Program-made: the position numbers and the translations under genes
Assembly: GCA_038087875.1 (NCBI GenBank)
Contig: CM075996.1
Location: 4,342,001-4,406,000, forward strand
From: Malacoraja senta
Taxonomy: Eukaryota
DNA: 64,000 nucleotides
Reading direction: 5' to 3'
The notes under the pieces: model-generated
Database searches by the model: none
What the model was told of the DNA's origin: nothing
What the model saw: the letters and a program-made list of their open reading frames with translations, nothing else
In this document: positions 1-11,430 of the stretch, in pieces
Numbering within the stretch: the first letter of the stretch is position 1
How the letters are laid out: every line of letters starts with the position of its first letter

Positions 1-222
1 CGTAGCGGGTACGTCGGAGCTCGGGACGTCTCTTAGCGGCTCGTAACGTTAACGGCAGGGACTTGGGAAATGCGGTAAGCTCGGGATGTTTTTTCAACAT
101 GTTGAAAAATGTCCACGAGAGCCCCGAGTACCTACGAGCGGCTATTACCGTAATTCTCCGAGTTCGATTCAGGGGAAACTCGGGAGAACCCTTGAATTAC
201 CTCGTACAGTGGGACAGGCCCT
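1..222. mobile_element. Right end of a PIF/Harbinger-like MITE, truncated by the window edge
   Basis: Ends in AGTGGGACAGGCCCT followed by TTA; same TIR as the complete element at 25583-25798. TWA target duplication is typical of PIF/Harbinger. Confidence 0.65.
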
Positions 223-509
223 TTAAAACAATAAGCGTCGACTACTCGCACAAGATGTTTTGGAATTGTCTGGATACTCCAGGAACAGTGCAACAGATCA
301 GTGGCGCACGAACCCTCTCTATCAGTAGCCATGAAGTAAAAATCCATGCTAATGCTTGTTCAGAACCAAGACTGTATACTGTCTTAGAAGGTGTACTGTT
401 CCACATAGGTGCTCTGCGTCCACATGTCACAAACCTGACAAGGTTCAGGACTACAGCTGGAGATAAGAATAAAAAAGAGGCTCCTAGCTGAACTTCAGTG
501 ACTGTAATC

Positions 510-1112
510 AACGATACGATAGGATAAATCTTTACTCATCGCCGGAGGGAATTTGGTCTGCCAACAGTCACAACACACAACAAGGTACACGAAAGCTTGA
601 AATTAAAATTAAATTAAGAGTGAGGGAGAAAAAAAGAAAAAGACAAGCGACTGTTGGCTGGTTGCGTGTGTACGGCGCCTTCACCAAAACAAACAAACAA
701 ACAAATGCAGGCTTATCCCCAGGGCAGAGGATTGTAAAGCTAGAGTGCCCCCCCCCACCCCCAGCCCCACACCGGGCCCCCCTTTGTTCACCCACCGTCC
801 CTCATGGCGGTCCCCCCATGCCGTGTCCTCCATTATTCTTCACAGCGGTCCCGCCACGCCCCATTGTCATTCCCTCCTCCCCTCACACTCATCAACCGTC
901 GATCACGAGGCCCCACCACCGTCGAGGTTCTCGTTGCCGCCGAAGCTCACACTGCCGCCGAGGTCCCACCACTGCCTACGTCGAGGCTCCCATCGCTGCA
1001 GCCGCTGAAGCTCCTTTGGCCCAGACAGGCCTCGCTGCCCAGCTTCTCCGCAGTCCCCTGGGAGGCCTGTTGGGCGAGTCGCAGGCAGCGCAGTAGTTCC
1101 CCGGGACACTCA
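510..1112 (-). mobile_element. GC-rich interspersed repeat, unclassified, probably a non-autonomous retroposon
   Basis: CpG-rich block in an AT-rich intron with a short simple-repeat tail near 510-530; layout resembles 53350-54185. The overlapping ORFs are low-complexity. Confidence 0.35.
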
Positions 1113-1394
1113 CGCTAGACACAAAATGCTTGAATAATCGCTGAGTTACTCCAGTCTATATATATGCCTCTACTCACTTAATCTGCCATTACTGCCCCAC
1201 AACATGGCACAACATCTTTCACTGCCTCAAACTGTGCTGAAATAATAGTCATACACACAGAAACAGGCCCTTTAACCTATCTGAGTGCCCATAACATGTC
1301 ACAGCTTTATAACATCCCAGAGGCAGTACCTAGGTTTATCAGTGAAACCCTTGAGGTAAGATGTAGAAGCAAAGAACTGCAGAAGATGGATTAT

Positions 1395-1577
1395 ACACAA
1401 GACAGACACAAAGTGCTGGAGTAACTCAGCATGTCAGGTAGCATCTCTGGAGAAAAACGCTGCATGATGTTTCGGGTCGGGGCCCTTCTTCAGTCTGAAG
1501 AAGGATCCTGACCCAAAACTTCACCCATCCTTTTACTCCTGACCCGCTGAGTTACTCCAGCAATTTGTGTCTATCTA
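1395..1577. mobile_element. Inverted (head-to-head) pair of Penelope-derived terminal repeats
   Basis: Near-palindrome centred on CTTCTTCAGTCTGAAGAAG (~1485-1503), with arms GACACAAAGTGCTGGAGTAACTCAGC and GCTGAGTTACTCCAGCAATTTGTGTC. Confidence 0.7.
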
Positions 1578-1821
1578 TGAGATAACGCTCCGGTTTTGGT
1601 CCATCACTTTGTTAACAGGAAGGAACGTTTAAGCTATATTGACTAGGAACTAGATGGTCTCTTTCCAACAGACAGAAGCTTCTTGGACACGATGACTGAC
1701 ACACTAATCCCACTTTTCCTCTCGTGTCTCCGTCAACTCCAATCTTGGGGCAGTTTAGTGACCAGTTAATCTACCGACCAGTTTGTCTTTGGGCCGTGTG
1801 AGGAAACTGGAGCAGCTGGGT

Positions 1822-1857
<36 letters not shown>

Positions 1858-2001
1858 TTGCTGTCACAGGGAGAACATGCAAACATCACAGACAGCACCA
1901 AAGGTTCGGACAACATTTGGAGTTGCTGCCTGATATTACTGCCACAGGAGGCAAAACTTCCAATAGAAATGTAGCAAAAAATTTCAAAGCAGTGTACTTA
2001 C

Positions 2002-2515
2002 ATAGGCTTCATTGCTCGAATGCATAGAACATAAATTCTTAAGATCACGAAGGCGCTTTTCAAGATGAGAGGATATTCCTGTTGGCAACTGGTGGGACAT
2101 CTGCTTTTGGCTCAGGGTGGGCAAGATGCAGCTTGAAGACACCACAGTGTTGCTGCTCTCCTCGGGTTCAGAAGCCGGGCTTCCACTGGGTGTCTCCGCC
2201 AGCAGCTTCTCGATGTCCAAATCCCCGAGCAACTCCATGGCGTTGGCAGCTTCCTGAAGCAAGTCGTTCTCGTTGGAACTCCCCAGAATTGAAAAGACTT
2301 GATCGGAGGCAGTGAGGTTGTACTCGGAAAGGCCAGGGTTCTTTGTCGCCGGATCGGTCGTCTGGGAGGCGGGCAGTTGTTTCACGCCGGTCTCCTGCTT
2401 CTTCATGGCTTCTTTCTCCTTTTGGAACTTTTTGAGCATCTCGGCCAGAGAAAGCGTGTCGTTGTGGTTTTTCCGCTTCTTCTTCTGATGTTTGACCGCA
2501 TTGAGGGCCACCACT
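2002..2515 (-). CDS. UBN2: Ubinuclein-2 coding exon 6
   Basis: Acceptor ttcag at 2516-2517; encodes (G)VVALNAVKHQKKKRKNHNDTLSLAEMLKKFQKEK...LEKRLRDLKN, matching recalled human GVVALNSHKSEKKKKRYKDSLSLAAMIRKFQKEK...LEKRIEDLRV. First in-frame donor GTAAGT at 2001-1996; the 3' boundary is less certain (see findings). Confidence 0.88.
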
Positions 2516-2606
2516 CTGAAAGACAACCACAGCAGCAGTTACAACAGTGCACTGACAATCCAAGAGTCAAGAGTGTTTTATTGTCATATGTCCAAGATAT
2601 TATAAT

Positions 2607-2886
2607 GTCAGGGCGGGGAGAGTCCCCCTCCCCCGACACGGGTACCATGTAATCCCGTGCTACCTGCTCCATGGTCGGATAGTCGGCGACTAAACCGTCT
2701 CCCACACCTGGTTTGCCAGGTGAAGAGGGGGCTGTGGACCCCCAGCAGGACCAAAAACAAGACCTGTCAAAGGGCGGATGAGTTTCTAGCGACCCAATGC
2801 CCATCCATAGTAGAAGTTGCGATCACTGTCGTACACAGCATTGTAAGGCACCATGCCCGTTGATGTTTTCAACGATGATGATGATA
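2607..2886 (+). mobile_element. Structured SINE-like retroposon with (GAT)n tail, copy 1 (internally deleted)
   Basis: Near-identical to 8101-8320; ends TGTTTTCAACGATGATGATGAT; inserted into another repeat. Confidence 0.7.
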
Positions 2887-3469
2887 AAACAATGAAATTC
2901 GTACTTGCAGCAGCACAACAGAATATCTAAACATAGCACACTGCAAACAATATAATAAACGAGAGAAAGAAAATCCACGTTTATAAAAGTCCAATTTATA
3001 CTGCAACTTGAGAATTTGAATTCAGCCAAACAAAAACAGAAAATAAAAAGTTAATATCAATCATCGTGTCCACAAAGCTGGCAGTTGTCATAAAGAGTCC
3101 ATCCAGTTCCCTGCCAAGTTGACTTAAACTTTCCTTCCTGTTAGCAAAGTTTCAATCAAAACTGGAACCATATCTCAGCGGTTCACTGATAAAATGATGT
3201 CTCATCTATGGGATGTTGTCAGGTATCTCCAATTCTGTAAAACATCCCACAGCCCTCAGAATGAGTAACGTCAGACAAAATATGACATCGAGCTACCAGA
3301 GGGATTATTATGACAATTTGGTCAGAGTGTTGTACAAGCCTCTCAGAATATAATTTGCAGTCTTATGGCTTCTTTAGTTTGGTTCATCATTCATTTCCAT
3401 TGTCGATGATCTACATTAATGTCACTTTCACGACCAGCCCTTAGAATCAGAGTGTTACAGAGCTTATAG

Positions 3470-3755
3470 AGATTGATTGAATGAAAGATACAGCATGGAA
3501 ATAGGCCCTTCGGCCCTCCAGGTCCGCACTGACCATTGATCACCCATTCACACTGTGTTACCCCACTTTTTGCATCCACTCCCTACACATTAGGGGCAAT
3601 TTACAGAGGCCAATTAACCCACAAAGCTGCATGTCTTTGGGATGTGTGAGGAAACCGAAGCATTTCAGAGGAAACCCACTCAGTCACAGCAAACTGCGCA
3701 CACAGATAGCACCCGAGGTCAGGATCGAACCTGGGTCTCTGCCACTGTGAGGTAC
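3470..3755 (-). mobile_element. tRNA-derived V-SINE (HE1-like), degraded
   Basis: Minus strand reads ...GACCCAGGTTCGATCCTGACCTCGGGTGCT... and ends in a CR1-like tail GGCCGAAGGGCCTATTTCCATGCTGTATC with (ATCA)n. Confidence 0.7.
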
Positions 3756-4417
3756 TGGAGATGACAGAGATCGGGAGGGTGGGAGGATGGAAGGATGTAA
3801 ATTTGAGAATTTTTAATTTGCTGGGCTGGGAACCAATGTAGATCAGAATGAAGAAGGGTGTTGAAAAAGTGAACGGGACAAGGCAGCAGTGTTCTAAATG
3901 TTTTCATGCAAGCTAATAGGTGAGAGGACAAAACTGTCATGGAATAGCAAAACACATAGCAGCGTAACCAAATTAAACCGTGACTGATCTAAAGCCTCCA
4001 TTAGAAGACGAACCATCAAGCAGAATCTAAAGTTTCGGACAACATGCAGAGGAAACCCCATACATTTGTTTAAAGAGATCTGATGAGCACAGGAAAAAAG
4101 TCTGAAATGGGAAAAGACTAACACCCCCTCCCTCCACATTAACATCAATACCTTTTCAATCAATCAATCAATCAGTTTTATTCGTCACTTGCACATAAAG
4201 TGCAAGTGAAATGAATTTGCCAGCAGCGGTACAATGAAAAAAGAACACACAAAAACACAATAAAAATGTAACACAAACATCCACCACAGCATTCATCACT
4301 GTGGTGGAAGGCACAGAATTTGGCCAGTCCTCCTCCATTTCCCCCGTGGTCAGGACCTCAACCTATTTTCACAGTTTAAAAAAAATATTGCAGTCTCAGC
4401 ATTTCAATACCACTCAC

Positions 4418-4530
4418 CCTGACTCGTTGGGAACCTTTAGCTTCCTTGGTTTCTTCTCTTTCATCCCTCCTTCATCCTTCCTTCTTTGTTTTTTCACCAC
4501 CCTGTCTTCGCCATCTCTTAACTTTTGTTT
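4418..4530 (-). CDS. UBN2: Ubinuclein-2 coding exon 5
   Basis: AG/GTGAGT flanks, 113 nt, phase 0 to 2; KQKLRDGEDRVVKKQRRKDEGGMKEKKPRKLKVPNES(G), similar to recalled human KKRKRKEEGEKEKKPRKKVPKQLG. A second in-frame AG lies 9 nt downstream. Confidence 0.85.
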
Positions 4531-5204
4531 CTTTAAAAAAACCACACACACCAACTTTTCTGCTTATTATTAAGTATATAAGAGCGCAGGAGCTTGAAAG
4601 CAACCAATTAAGTCCTTCCCAAGACCACGCAAAAGTTGAACGTGGAGATTTGTCATTATGCCGTTGAAAGACTTTTGCAAAAATAAATTGAAGACGAGGC
4701 AATTGTATGAACATCTCAGGACATCATTTGGAAATGATAAAATAACAAGCTTAACAAAGAGGCAGAGATAGAAGACTTACACTTGGATGAATGAAGGGAA
4801 AGTTTGAAGACAACTTTATTAATGGGAGATATTAGAATTTGGAATGTTTTACAAATTGGCAGCTAATTAAGCTGAAATTAGATCACTTGAAATGAATATA
4901 TATTTGAAACACATAAAATGACATGGTTAAAGGAAAAAAATGGGGCTGAAGTGCTCACTCCAAATGACAAACAATTAAAAAACAGGAGTCATTATGCCCA
5001 ACAGATGGAATAAGTCAATTTTATTGCACAACAACTCGCACCACAGACCACGTGTCAGGCCAGAGCTCCGGGTATACAAGCTCATTCTGCAAAGGAGATC
5101 AGCATTGTAAACGTTAAACGTCCAGCTCTTAGTCACCAATCCAACTGCAGCAACAAGTCCTTGTAATGGGACAAAAAGTTCGCCCTCACTCATTTGCCAC
5201 GGCC

Positions 5205-5490
5205 TGGTTAGGGTGAATGTGGAGAGGATGTTTCCACTAGTGGGAGAGTCTAGGACCAGAGGTTGTGGCCTGAGAATAAAAGCACGTACTTTTAGAAAGG
5301 AGACGAGGAGAAATGTATTTAATCAGTGGGTGGTGAGTCTGTGGAATTCATTGCCACCGAAGGCTGTGGAGGCTGTCAATGGGAGAGATTGACAGATTCT
5401 TGATTAGTATCAGGGGTTGAGAATGAAAGATAGATAGACTTGATGTGCCGAATGGCCTATTTCAGCTCCTTGGACTTATGACCTTATGAA
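5205..5490 (+). mobile_element. CR1 (HER1-like) LINE 3' fragment
   Basis: Encodes the CR1 ORF2 C-terminal motif VERMFPLVGESRTRG...RVVSLWNSLP and has a simple-repeat tail. Confidence 0.75.
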
Positions 5491-5606
5491 GTGTTTGACA
5501 GCGGTGTGGGGCACTCCGTGGAGGTGACAAGAGAAGAAAACATTCAGGATTAAAATGATAAAAATCTGATTTAAATCGCAGAATTTTAAACCAAACCGTT
5601 ACTCAC

Positions 5607-5744
5607 TTTAGGAGATTTCAATCTTTTCTTCCCTACTACATCTTCGTCTTCAGTGTCTGAAGTCTGCCGGAACTGCAACGTTCCTGTGTTTATGTAAAAT
5701 CCTCCATATTTTGTTGACAACGAGGCTGGAACCAACTCATCATA
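5607..5744 (-). CDS. UBN2: Ubinuclein-2 coding exon 4 (HRD/HUN domain, C-terminal half)
   Basis: 138 nt, [54 protein letters not shown]. Confidence 0.95.
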
Positions 5745-5894
5745 CTGAAAAATAAAAGTAATGTTTCAGCCGGACCCTTTGGTAGTTCTAGCCGTGCAAG
5801 CTGGAATTTTGAGTCTCAGTTAAGCAGACCGGCGTACAAAGCTGAATGGGTTGCGGATGCCCAGTCTAAATTGTCTCTCGCTTGGCATCAGCAA

Positions 5895-6420
5895 GTTCAA
5901 AAGTAATAGGAGTAGAATTAGGCCATTTGGCTCATAGAGTCCACTCCGCCATTCAATCATGGCTGATCGCTGTCTCCTAATCCCATTTTCCTGCCTTCTC
6001 CCCATAACCCTTGACACCCGTTCTAATCAAGAATTTGTCTATCTCTTTCTTAAAAATATCCACTGATTTGGCCTCCACAGCCAATGAGTTCCACAGATTA
6101 ACTACCCTCTGACTCAAGAAGTTCCTCCTCACCTCCTTTCTAAAAGAGCACTCTTTAATTCTGAGGCTACATCTGGTCCTAGACTCTCCCACCAGTGGAA
6201 ACATCCTTTCCACATCCACTCTATCTATGCCTTTCATTATTCTGCAAGTTTCAATGAGGTTCCCCCCTCAACCTTCTAAACTCCAGCGAGTAGAGGCCCA
6301 GTGCTGTCAACCGCTCATCATACGCCAACCCACTCATTCCTGGAATTGTTCTTGTAAACCTCCTCTGGACCCTCTCCAGAGCCAGCACATCCTTCCTCAG
6401 ATATGGGGCACAAATGCTTA
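5895..6420 (-). mobile_element. CR1 (HER1-like) LINE 3' fragment
   Basis: ORFs 6251-6493 and 5977-6237 give APYLRKDVLALERVQRRFTR...YSLEFRRLRG and ESRTR...QRVVNLWNSL, the CR1 ORF2 C-terminus, frameshifted. Confidence 0.88.
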
Positions 6421-7139
6421 CTCTGCAACTATGTTTTGGGACTTGTCTGCGCCAATCAAAGGTTGCTTGTGCATTTCTTTCCACATTTCCCATGCAGAAT
6501 TAATCACCTCTTGTCATGACCATCATACTTTGAAGTCACGCAATTTGAAGTCTGATGAAGGGTCTCGACCTATTCCTTTTTTCCAGGGATGCTGCCTGAC
6601 CCGCTGAGTAACCCCAGCCTTTTGTGTCTATCTTCGGTGTAAACCAGCATCTGCAGTTCCTTCTCATACACTTTGAAGTCAGGTCTTTCCATCACAATTT
6701 CTTACAGTTTATTAGAAGCTATGATTATAGTAAAATCCAGGTCAAATTGCTTGACTAAAATTAACCCTGGCCCAGTTATTCACCACCTTCCTACCTACAC
6801 GTCCAAAGATCCTTTCCTTCGAACCATACAACAAAGATGACCATTCTGACAATTCATGCCAGTGATGTAACTGAACTGGAATAAACTAGTGGGAGACACA
6901 GCTAGTTCTGGACCACCTCAACAGCATTGTAGGTCAGGATGCCATCAGGACTCATAACTTTTCCTGTGCACAGTTCACTCGGTTCTTCCTTCATATCACA
7001 TGAAATAAACTGAATTATTTTGACGACCTTCTTTGATATGGGGAAGTTTGTTACTAATAGTTCAGCTATAACCACACTTATTACAATTGGTGCAGCGACT
7101 GAACAATGCAGAGAGGCCCCACACAAACATGAAATGAAT

Positions 7140-7470
7140 ATCATAAGGTCATAGGAGTAATAGGAGTAGAATTAAGCCATTCGGCCCATCAAGGCTACTA
7201 CGCCATTCAATTATGGCTGATCTATCTCTCCCTCCTAACCCCATTCTCCTGCCTTCTCCCCATTACCCCTGACGCCTGTACTAATCAAGAATCTATCTAT
7301 CACTGCCTTAAAAGTAACCACTGGCTTGGCCTCCACAGCCTATGGCAAAGAATTCCACAGAATCACCACCCTCTGACTGAAGAAATTCCTCATCTCCTTC
7401 CTAAAGGAAAGTCCTTGAATTCTGAGGCTGTGACCTCTGGTCCTGGACTCTCAACCTCGTGTAAACATCC
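7140..7470 (-). mobile_element. CR1 LINE 3' fragment
   Basis: Same 3' UTR and tail as 5895-6420. Confidence 0.75.
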
Positions 7471-7528
7471 ACTAATTCGACATTAACTAAATAGACGGGG
7501 ACTCGTTTCCCCATGGACCAATACTCAC

Positions 7529-7630
7529 CGCTTCAGAGTTGTCAATGAATGGATCTGTGTCATCGTAGCCATAACCCATGTCAATTAAATCCTGCATGCG
7601 GTCTTTCCGTCGCTTGTGGTTCTTCTGACC
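7529..7630 (-). CDS. UBN2: Ubinuclein-2 coding exon 3 (HRD/HUN domain)
   Basis: 102 nt, [42 protein letters not shown], containing the Hpc2-related GYD.xDxFIDNSE motif. Confidence 0.95.
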
Positions 7631-8100
7631 CTGAAATTAAGGCAAGTTGATCAATTTGCTTGTCATCAAGGAGACAAGGGATTACGTGTTGGAATGGAGC
7701 AAGTCAGTAGATATCCTGCCACTTTGTTGGACAGTTATCCCCCATAGGTAGCTATGCCCCGATCACTGGCTAGGTTGGCTGGGTATCCCCAACCCCCATT
7801 TATCATCGTCTGATTATCCAGGCACTTGCTCAACACAAATTTGAAAATCAACCCTTGCTGTCAGTTTAATCTCACAATCTACCCAGCAATTGCTTGGGAG
7901 AAGTAATGTATTTACTGGTCTGGGACAGAGTGAGGAAAGATCATGCCATTGGGAGAGCATTTTGTCAGGCATGGAGTTCATGTTCAGATGGCTTAAGTGT
8001 TGCCGCATTCTATCCTCTGGCTCTTTATTTCTGTAATACCAAGATCCACAGGGCACAATTAAAACCACTGCTGTACAGATATATAGATCATGTCTTCCTT

Positions 8101-8597
8101 GTCAGGTCGGGCGGAGTTCCCTCCGCCATGGGTACCATGTAATCCCGTGCTACCTGCTCCATGGTCGGATAGTTGGCGACTAAACCGTCACCCCCACCTG
8201 GTTTGCCAGGTGAGGGGGGGGGGGGGCTGTGGACCCCCAACAAGACCTGTCAAAGGGCGGATGAGTTTCTAGCGAGCCAACGGAAGTTGCGATCATTGTC
8301 GTACATGGCATTGCAAGGAACGATGATAAAGCACACACACCAAAATCCTACACTTCCAGTGGTGGAAGTCCGCAGGAACTGGAGGATAGAGATGTGTGGT
8401 GCGTCCGTCACCGTTCCTGTCGGAAACCAGCACCACTGTGGCCCCCTATCAGTCTGAAGAAGGGTTTTGGCCCGAAACGTTGCCTATTTCCTTCGCTCCA
8501 TAGATGCTGCTGCACCCGCTGAGTTTCTCCAGCATTTTTGTGTACCACCGTGTCACTAATGTTTTCAACGATGATGAATGAATGAATGAGCGAATGA
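8101..8597 (+). mobile_element. Structured SINE-like retroposon, copy 2, with a nested Penelope-derived repeat at ~8449-8545
   Basis: Same 5' start (GTCAGG) and 3' end (TGTTTTCAACGATGATG..) as 2607-2886; possible TSD TCTTCC(C)TT at 8093-8100 and 8599-8607. Confidence 0.7.
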
Positions 8598-9088
8598 ATC
8601 TTCCCTTCAATGTCAGTATTGGTTGAGATGTCAAATTGAGGTCTTGGGTGGACGTAAATAATCAGTTGACATCTATCCCTCAACCAACAGCTGATTATGA
8701 AGTTGTTTGTGGGAGAGGGGTCTTGCTGTATGTAAATTGGCCACCACATTTCCTGCGTTATAATATCACTACATTACAAAAGTATTTCATAAGTCTCAAA
8801 GTACTTTTGAAAAAACTCAGGGATGATAAAGATGCAAGTTTATTTGCTTGAAGAAAATTGAGATATTTCACCTCAATAAAAGATATTGCATGGAAACATA
8901 GAAAGATAGGCACAGGATTAGGCCATTTGGCCCTTCGAGCCAGCACCGCCATTCAATATCATGGCTCATCATCTAAAATCAGTACCTCGTTCCTGCTTTC
9001 TCCCCATATCCCTTGCTTCCTTTAGCCCTAAGAACTAAATCTAACTCTCTGTATTGTACCACTTGCACACAACCGTGTATACACTTAC

Positions 9089-9181
9089 ATATTTTTCCTC
9101 AAGTTTCTTTGCAAGAGCTTCCACTTCTTTCCTTTCTTTCTCTTCATTATTGAAAGGAACATCAGGGTTGGTTGAATTTCT
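9089..9181 (-). CDS. UBN2: Ubinuclein-2 coding exon 2
   Basis: 93 nt, CAG/GTAAGT; RNSTNPDVPFNNEEKERKEVEALAKKLEEKY versus recalled human DPFNDEHQERQEVEMLAKKFEMKY. Confidence 0.93.
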
Positions 9182-10354
9182 CTGTTGAAACAAAAAAAAG
9201 AGATTTGTTGAGATGTACGCAAGACAGACGAAGCACCTGAAATGAAAGTGCTTTCCTGTCGCCTCACCTGGGTACCTGCACTGAATTCCCACTGACGAAC
9301 TAACCTACAGAGACCACAGGAGATCCAAGGGTGGCTTATTGGCACAGCAGCTCCAGCAACCCGGTCAATCTCCACCTTTGGTGCCATCGCTATACATACG
9401 TTGTACAATCCCACATGTTCCCCATTTCACGTGGGTCGCTTCAGGGTAATCCCGTTTCCTCCCACACTCCAAAAGATACGAGGGATAAGTCCATAGGTTA
9501 ACAGACCACTGTAAATTGTGACCAGTGTGTAGATGAGTGGTAGAAATTGGGGGGGGGGGGGAAAGGGGAGATTAACAGGGATGTGGGGAGAATAAGATGG
9601 ATCATGGAAGATTAGTAAAAAAACTGGATGCTTGATAATCAGCTGAAGGGCCTGTTTCTGTGCATTGTCTCTTGATTACTATATAATGACTTACATGATC
9701 TCCGATGGGAGCAGCTACAACAACTAAACCAAATAAGTGTACAGCTGGAAGATAAAATAAATCAACTCTTATCTCCTGAATGTTATGAGCACCTGGTACT
9801 CCTCACCCATCTTGGAGAAGGACTACAATTGACTCCAATATGCATAACAGGATCACAGTGACAACAGCAGCAGCCCAAGGGACCATCGGATGGTCTCCTT
9901 TTTTATTGCTATGATGGAAATATTTCAAAGAATCTGTAAGCTGCAATTTAGCAGTTACACAACACATGGTGCTTTTCTTAAACTGGACTAAATAAGTGGA
10001 AGATCTTGCATTCCCAACAATATTTAGCAATCTGTTCAAATTGGAATGGCAAGTCCTTCCCAAATTAATACAATGAACTAGAAGTAAGGCTGCATTTGGT
10101 TTTCACACACCTATGAATAACTCCAATCCCAAGAGTCATCATAATCTCAGAGGTGGTCCTGCAAATCAATCCAAACAGACATATGAGACTGCAGGTGCTA
10201 GCATCTGGAGCAACAAAATATACTGCAAACTTGCAATACAAGCAGCATCCGTGGAGGCTCTCAATCCCTCTGTCTCTGCCACCTCCATCTCCACCCCTTT
10301 CCACCATCCGCAATGACTGCACCCTCCACAACTCCTTGGTACACTCATTCTTTC

Positions 10355-10822
10355 AATAGACAACAGACAATAGGTGCAGGAGTAGGCCATTCGGCCCTTC
10401 GAGCCATTCAATGTGATCATGGCTGATCATCCCCAATCAGTACCCCGTTCCTGCCTTCTCCCCATATCCCCTGACTCCTCTATTTTTAAGAGCCCTATCT
10501 AAGCTCTCTCTTGAAAGCATCCAGAGAACCGCCTCCACCGCCCTCTGAGGCAGAGAATTCCACAGACTTACCACTCTCTGTGAGAAAAAGTGTTTCCTCG
10601 TCTCCGTTCTAAATGGCTTACTCCTTATTCTTAAACTGTGGCCCCTGGTTCTGGACTCCCCCAACATCGGGAACATGTTTCCTGCCTCTAGCGTGTCCAA
10701 ACGCTTAACAATCTTCAATGAGATGCCCTCTCATCCTTCTAAACTCCAGAGTGTACAAGCCCAGCTGCTCCATTATCTCAGCATATGACAGTCCCGCCAT
10801 CCCGGGAATTAACCTTGTAAAA
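10355..10822 (-). mobile_element. CR1 (HER1-like) LINE 3' fragment
   Basis: ORF 10437-10718 (AGNMFPMLGESRTRGHSLRIR...QRVVSLWNSLPQRAVEA) and a (CTATTGT)n tail. Confidence 0.88.
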
Positions 10823-10834
10823 ACCTATCCTATC

Positions 10835-11430
10835 CAAACCAGCCCCTCCCCAGGTACTTTCCCCTGCAACCGCAGGAGATGGAACGCGTGTTCCTATGCC
10901 TCCTCCCTCACCTCCATCCAGGGAACCCAGCAGCCCTTCCAGATGAGATAGAGGTTCACGTGCACCTGCTCTAACCTCACCTGCTGCATCTGGTGTTGCC
11001 GATGTAGCCTCCTGTATGTCGGTGAGACCAAGTGTAGACTCGGTGACTGTTTCGCTGAACATTTGTACTCAGTCCGCCAAGGACTGCTGGACTGCTAACC
11101 ATTTTAACTCCCCCCCCCATTCCCATGCTGACCTTTCTGTCCTGGCCCTCCTCCGATGCCTCTCCCTCTGGCTTTACAATTCCACAACTCTTCAAACCTG
11201 TCTCATACCTCCTGTTCTGATCTCTGGCCTTTGTTCCAACCGGCTACCTGCCAAAAAAAAAAATCCTCACCAGTGTCGACTAATTATCTGCTACGCTTTG
11301 TCCTGCCTCTCCATTTTTCCCGCTTTCTTCTCCTCCCTACAATTAGTTTGAAGAAAGGTCTCGACCCAAAACGTCACCTATCCACGTCCTCCAGAGATGT
11401 TGCCTTACCTGTGGAGTTACTCTGTGTCCT
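10835..11430 (+). mobile_element. Penelope-like element fragment (GIY-YIG endonuclease) with degenerate terminal repeat
   Basis: Translates to PGTFPCNRRR.NACSY...FTCTCSNLTCCIWCCRCSLLYVGETKCRLGDCFAEHL, the CCHH/GIY-YIG region typical of PLEs, with a premature stop; followed by the hammerhead-like terminal repeat at ~11345. Confidence 0.85.

Noticed and set aside
242..511. Minus-strand ORF with a good polypyrimidine tract and AG near 457, as a candidate UBN2 exon 7
   Set aside because: No frame resembles the expected AAKLFDEEGRKKFF-type sequence; exon 7 is probably beyond the left edge.
620..1118. Overlapping Pro/Ala/Arg-rich ORFs
   Set aside because: Products of a GC-rich repeat with few stop codons; no recognisable domain.
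1822..1853. Long poly-G run
   Set aside because: Homopolymer inside a degraded SINE; length unreliable and no evidence of function.
2770..2825. CGGATGAG...GCGAT as a hammerhead or HDV core in the (GAT)n-tailed element
   Set aside because: Lacks CUGANGA and GAAA, and no consistent P2/P3/P1.1 pseudoknot could be built.
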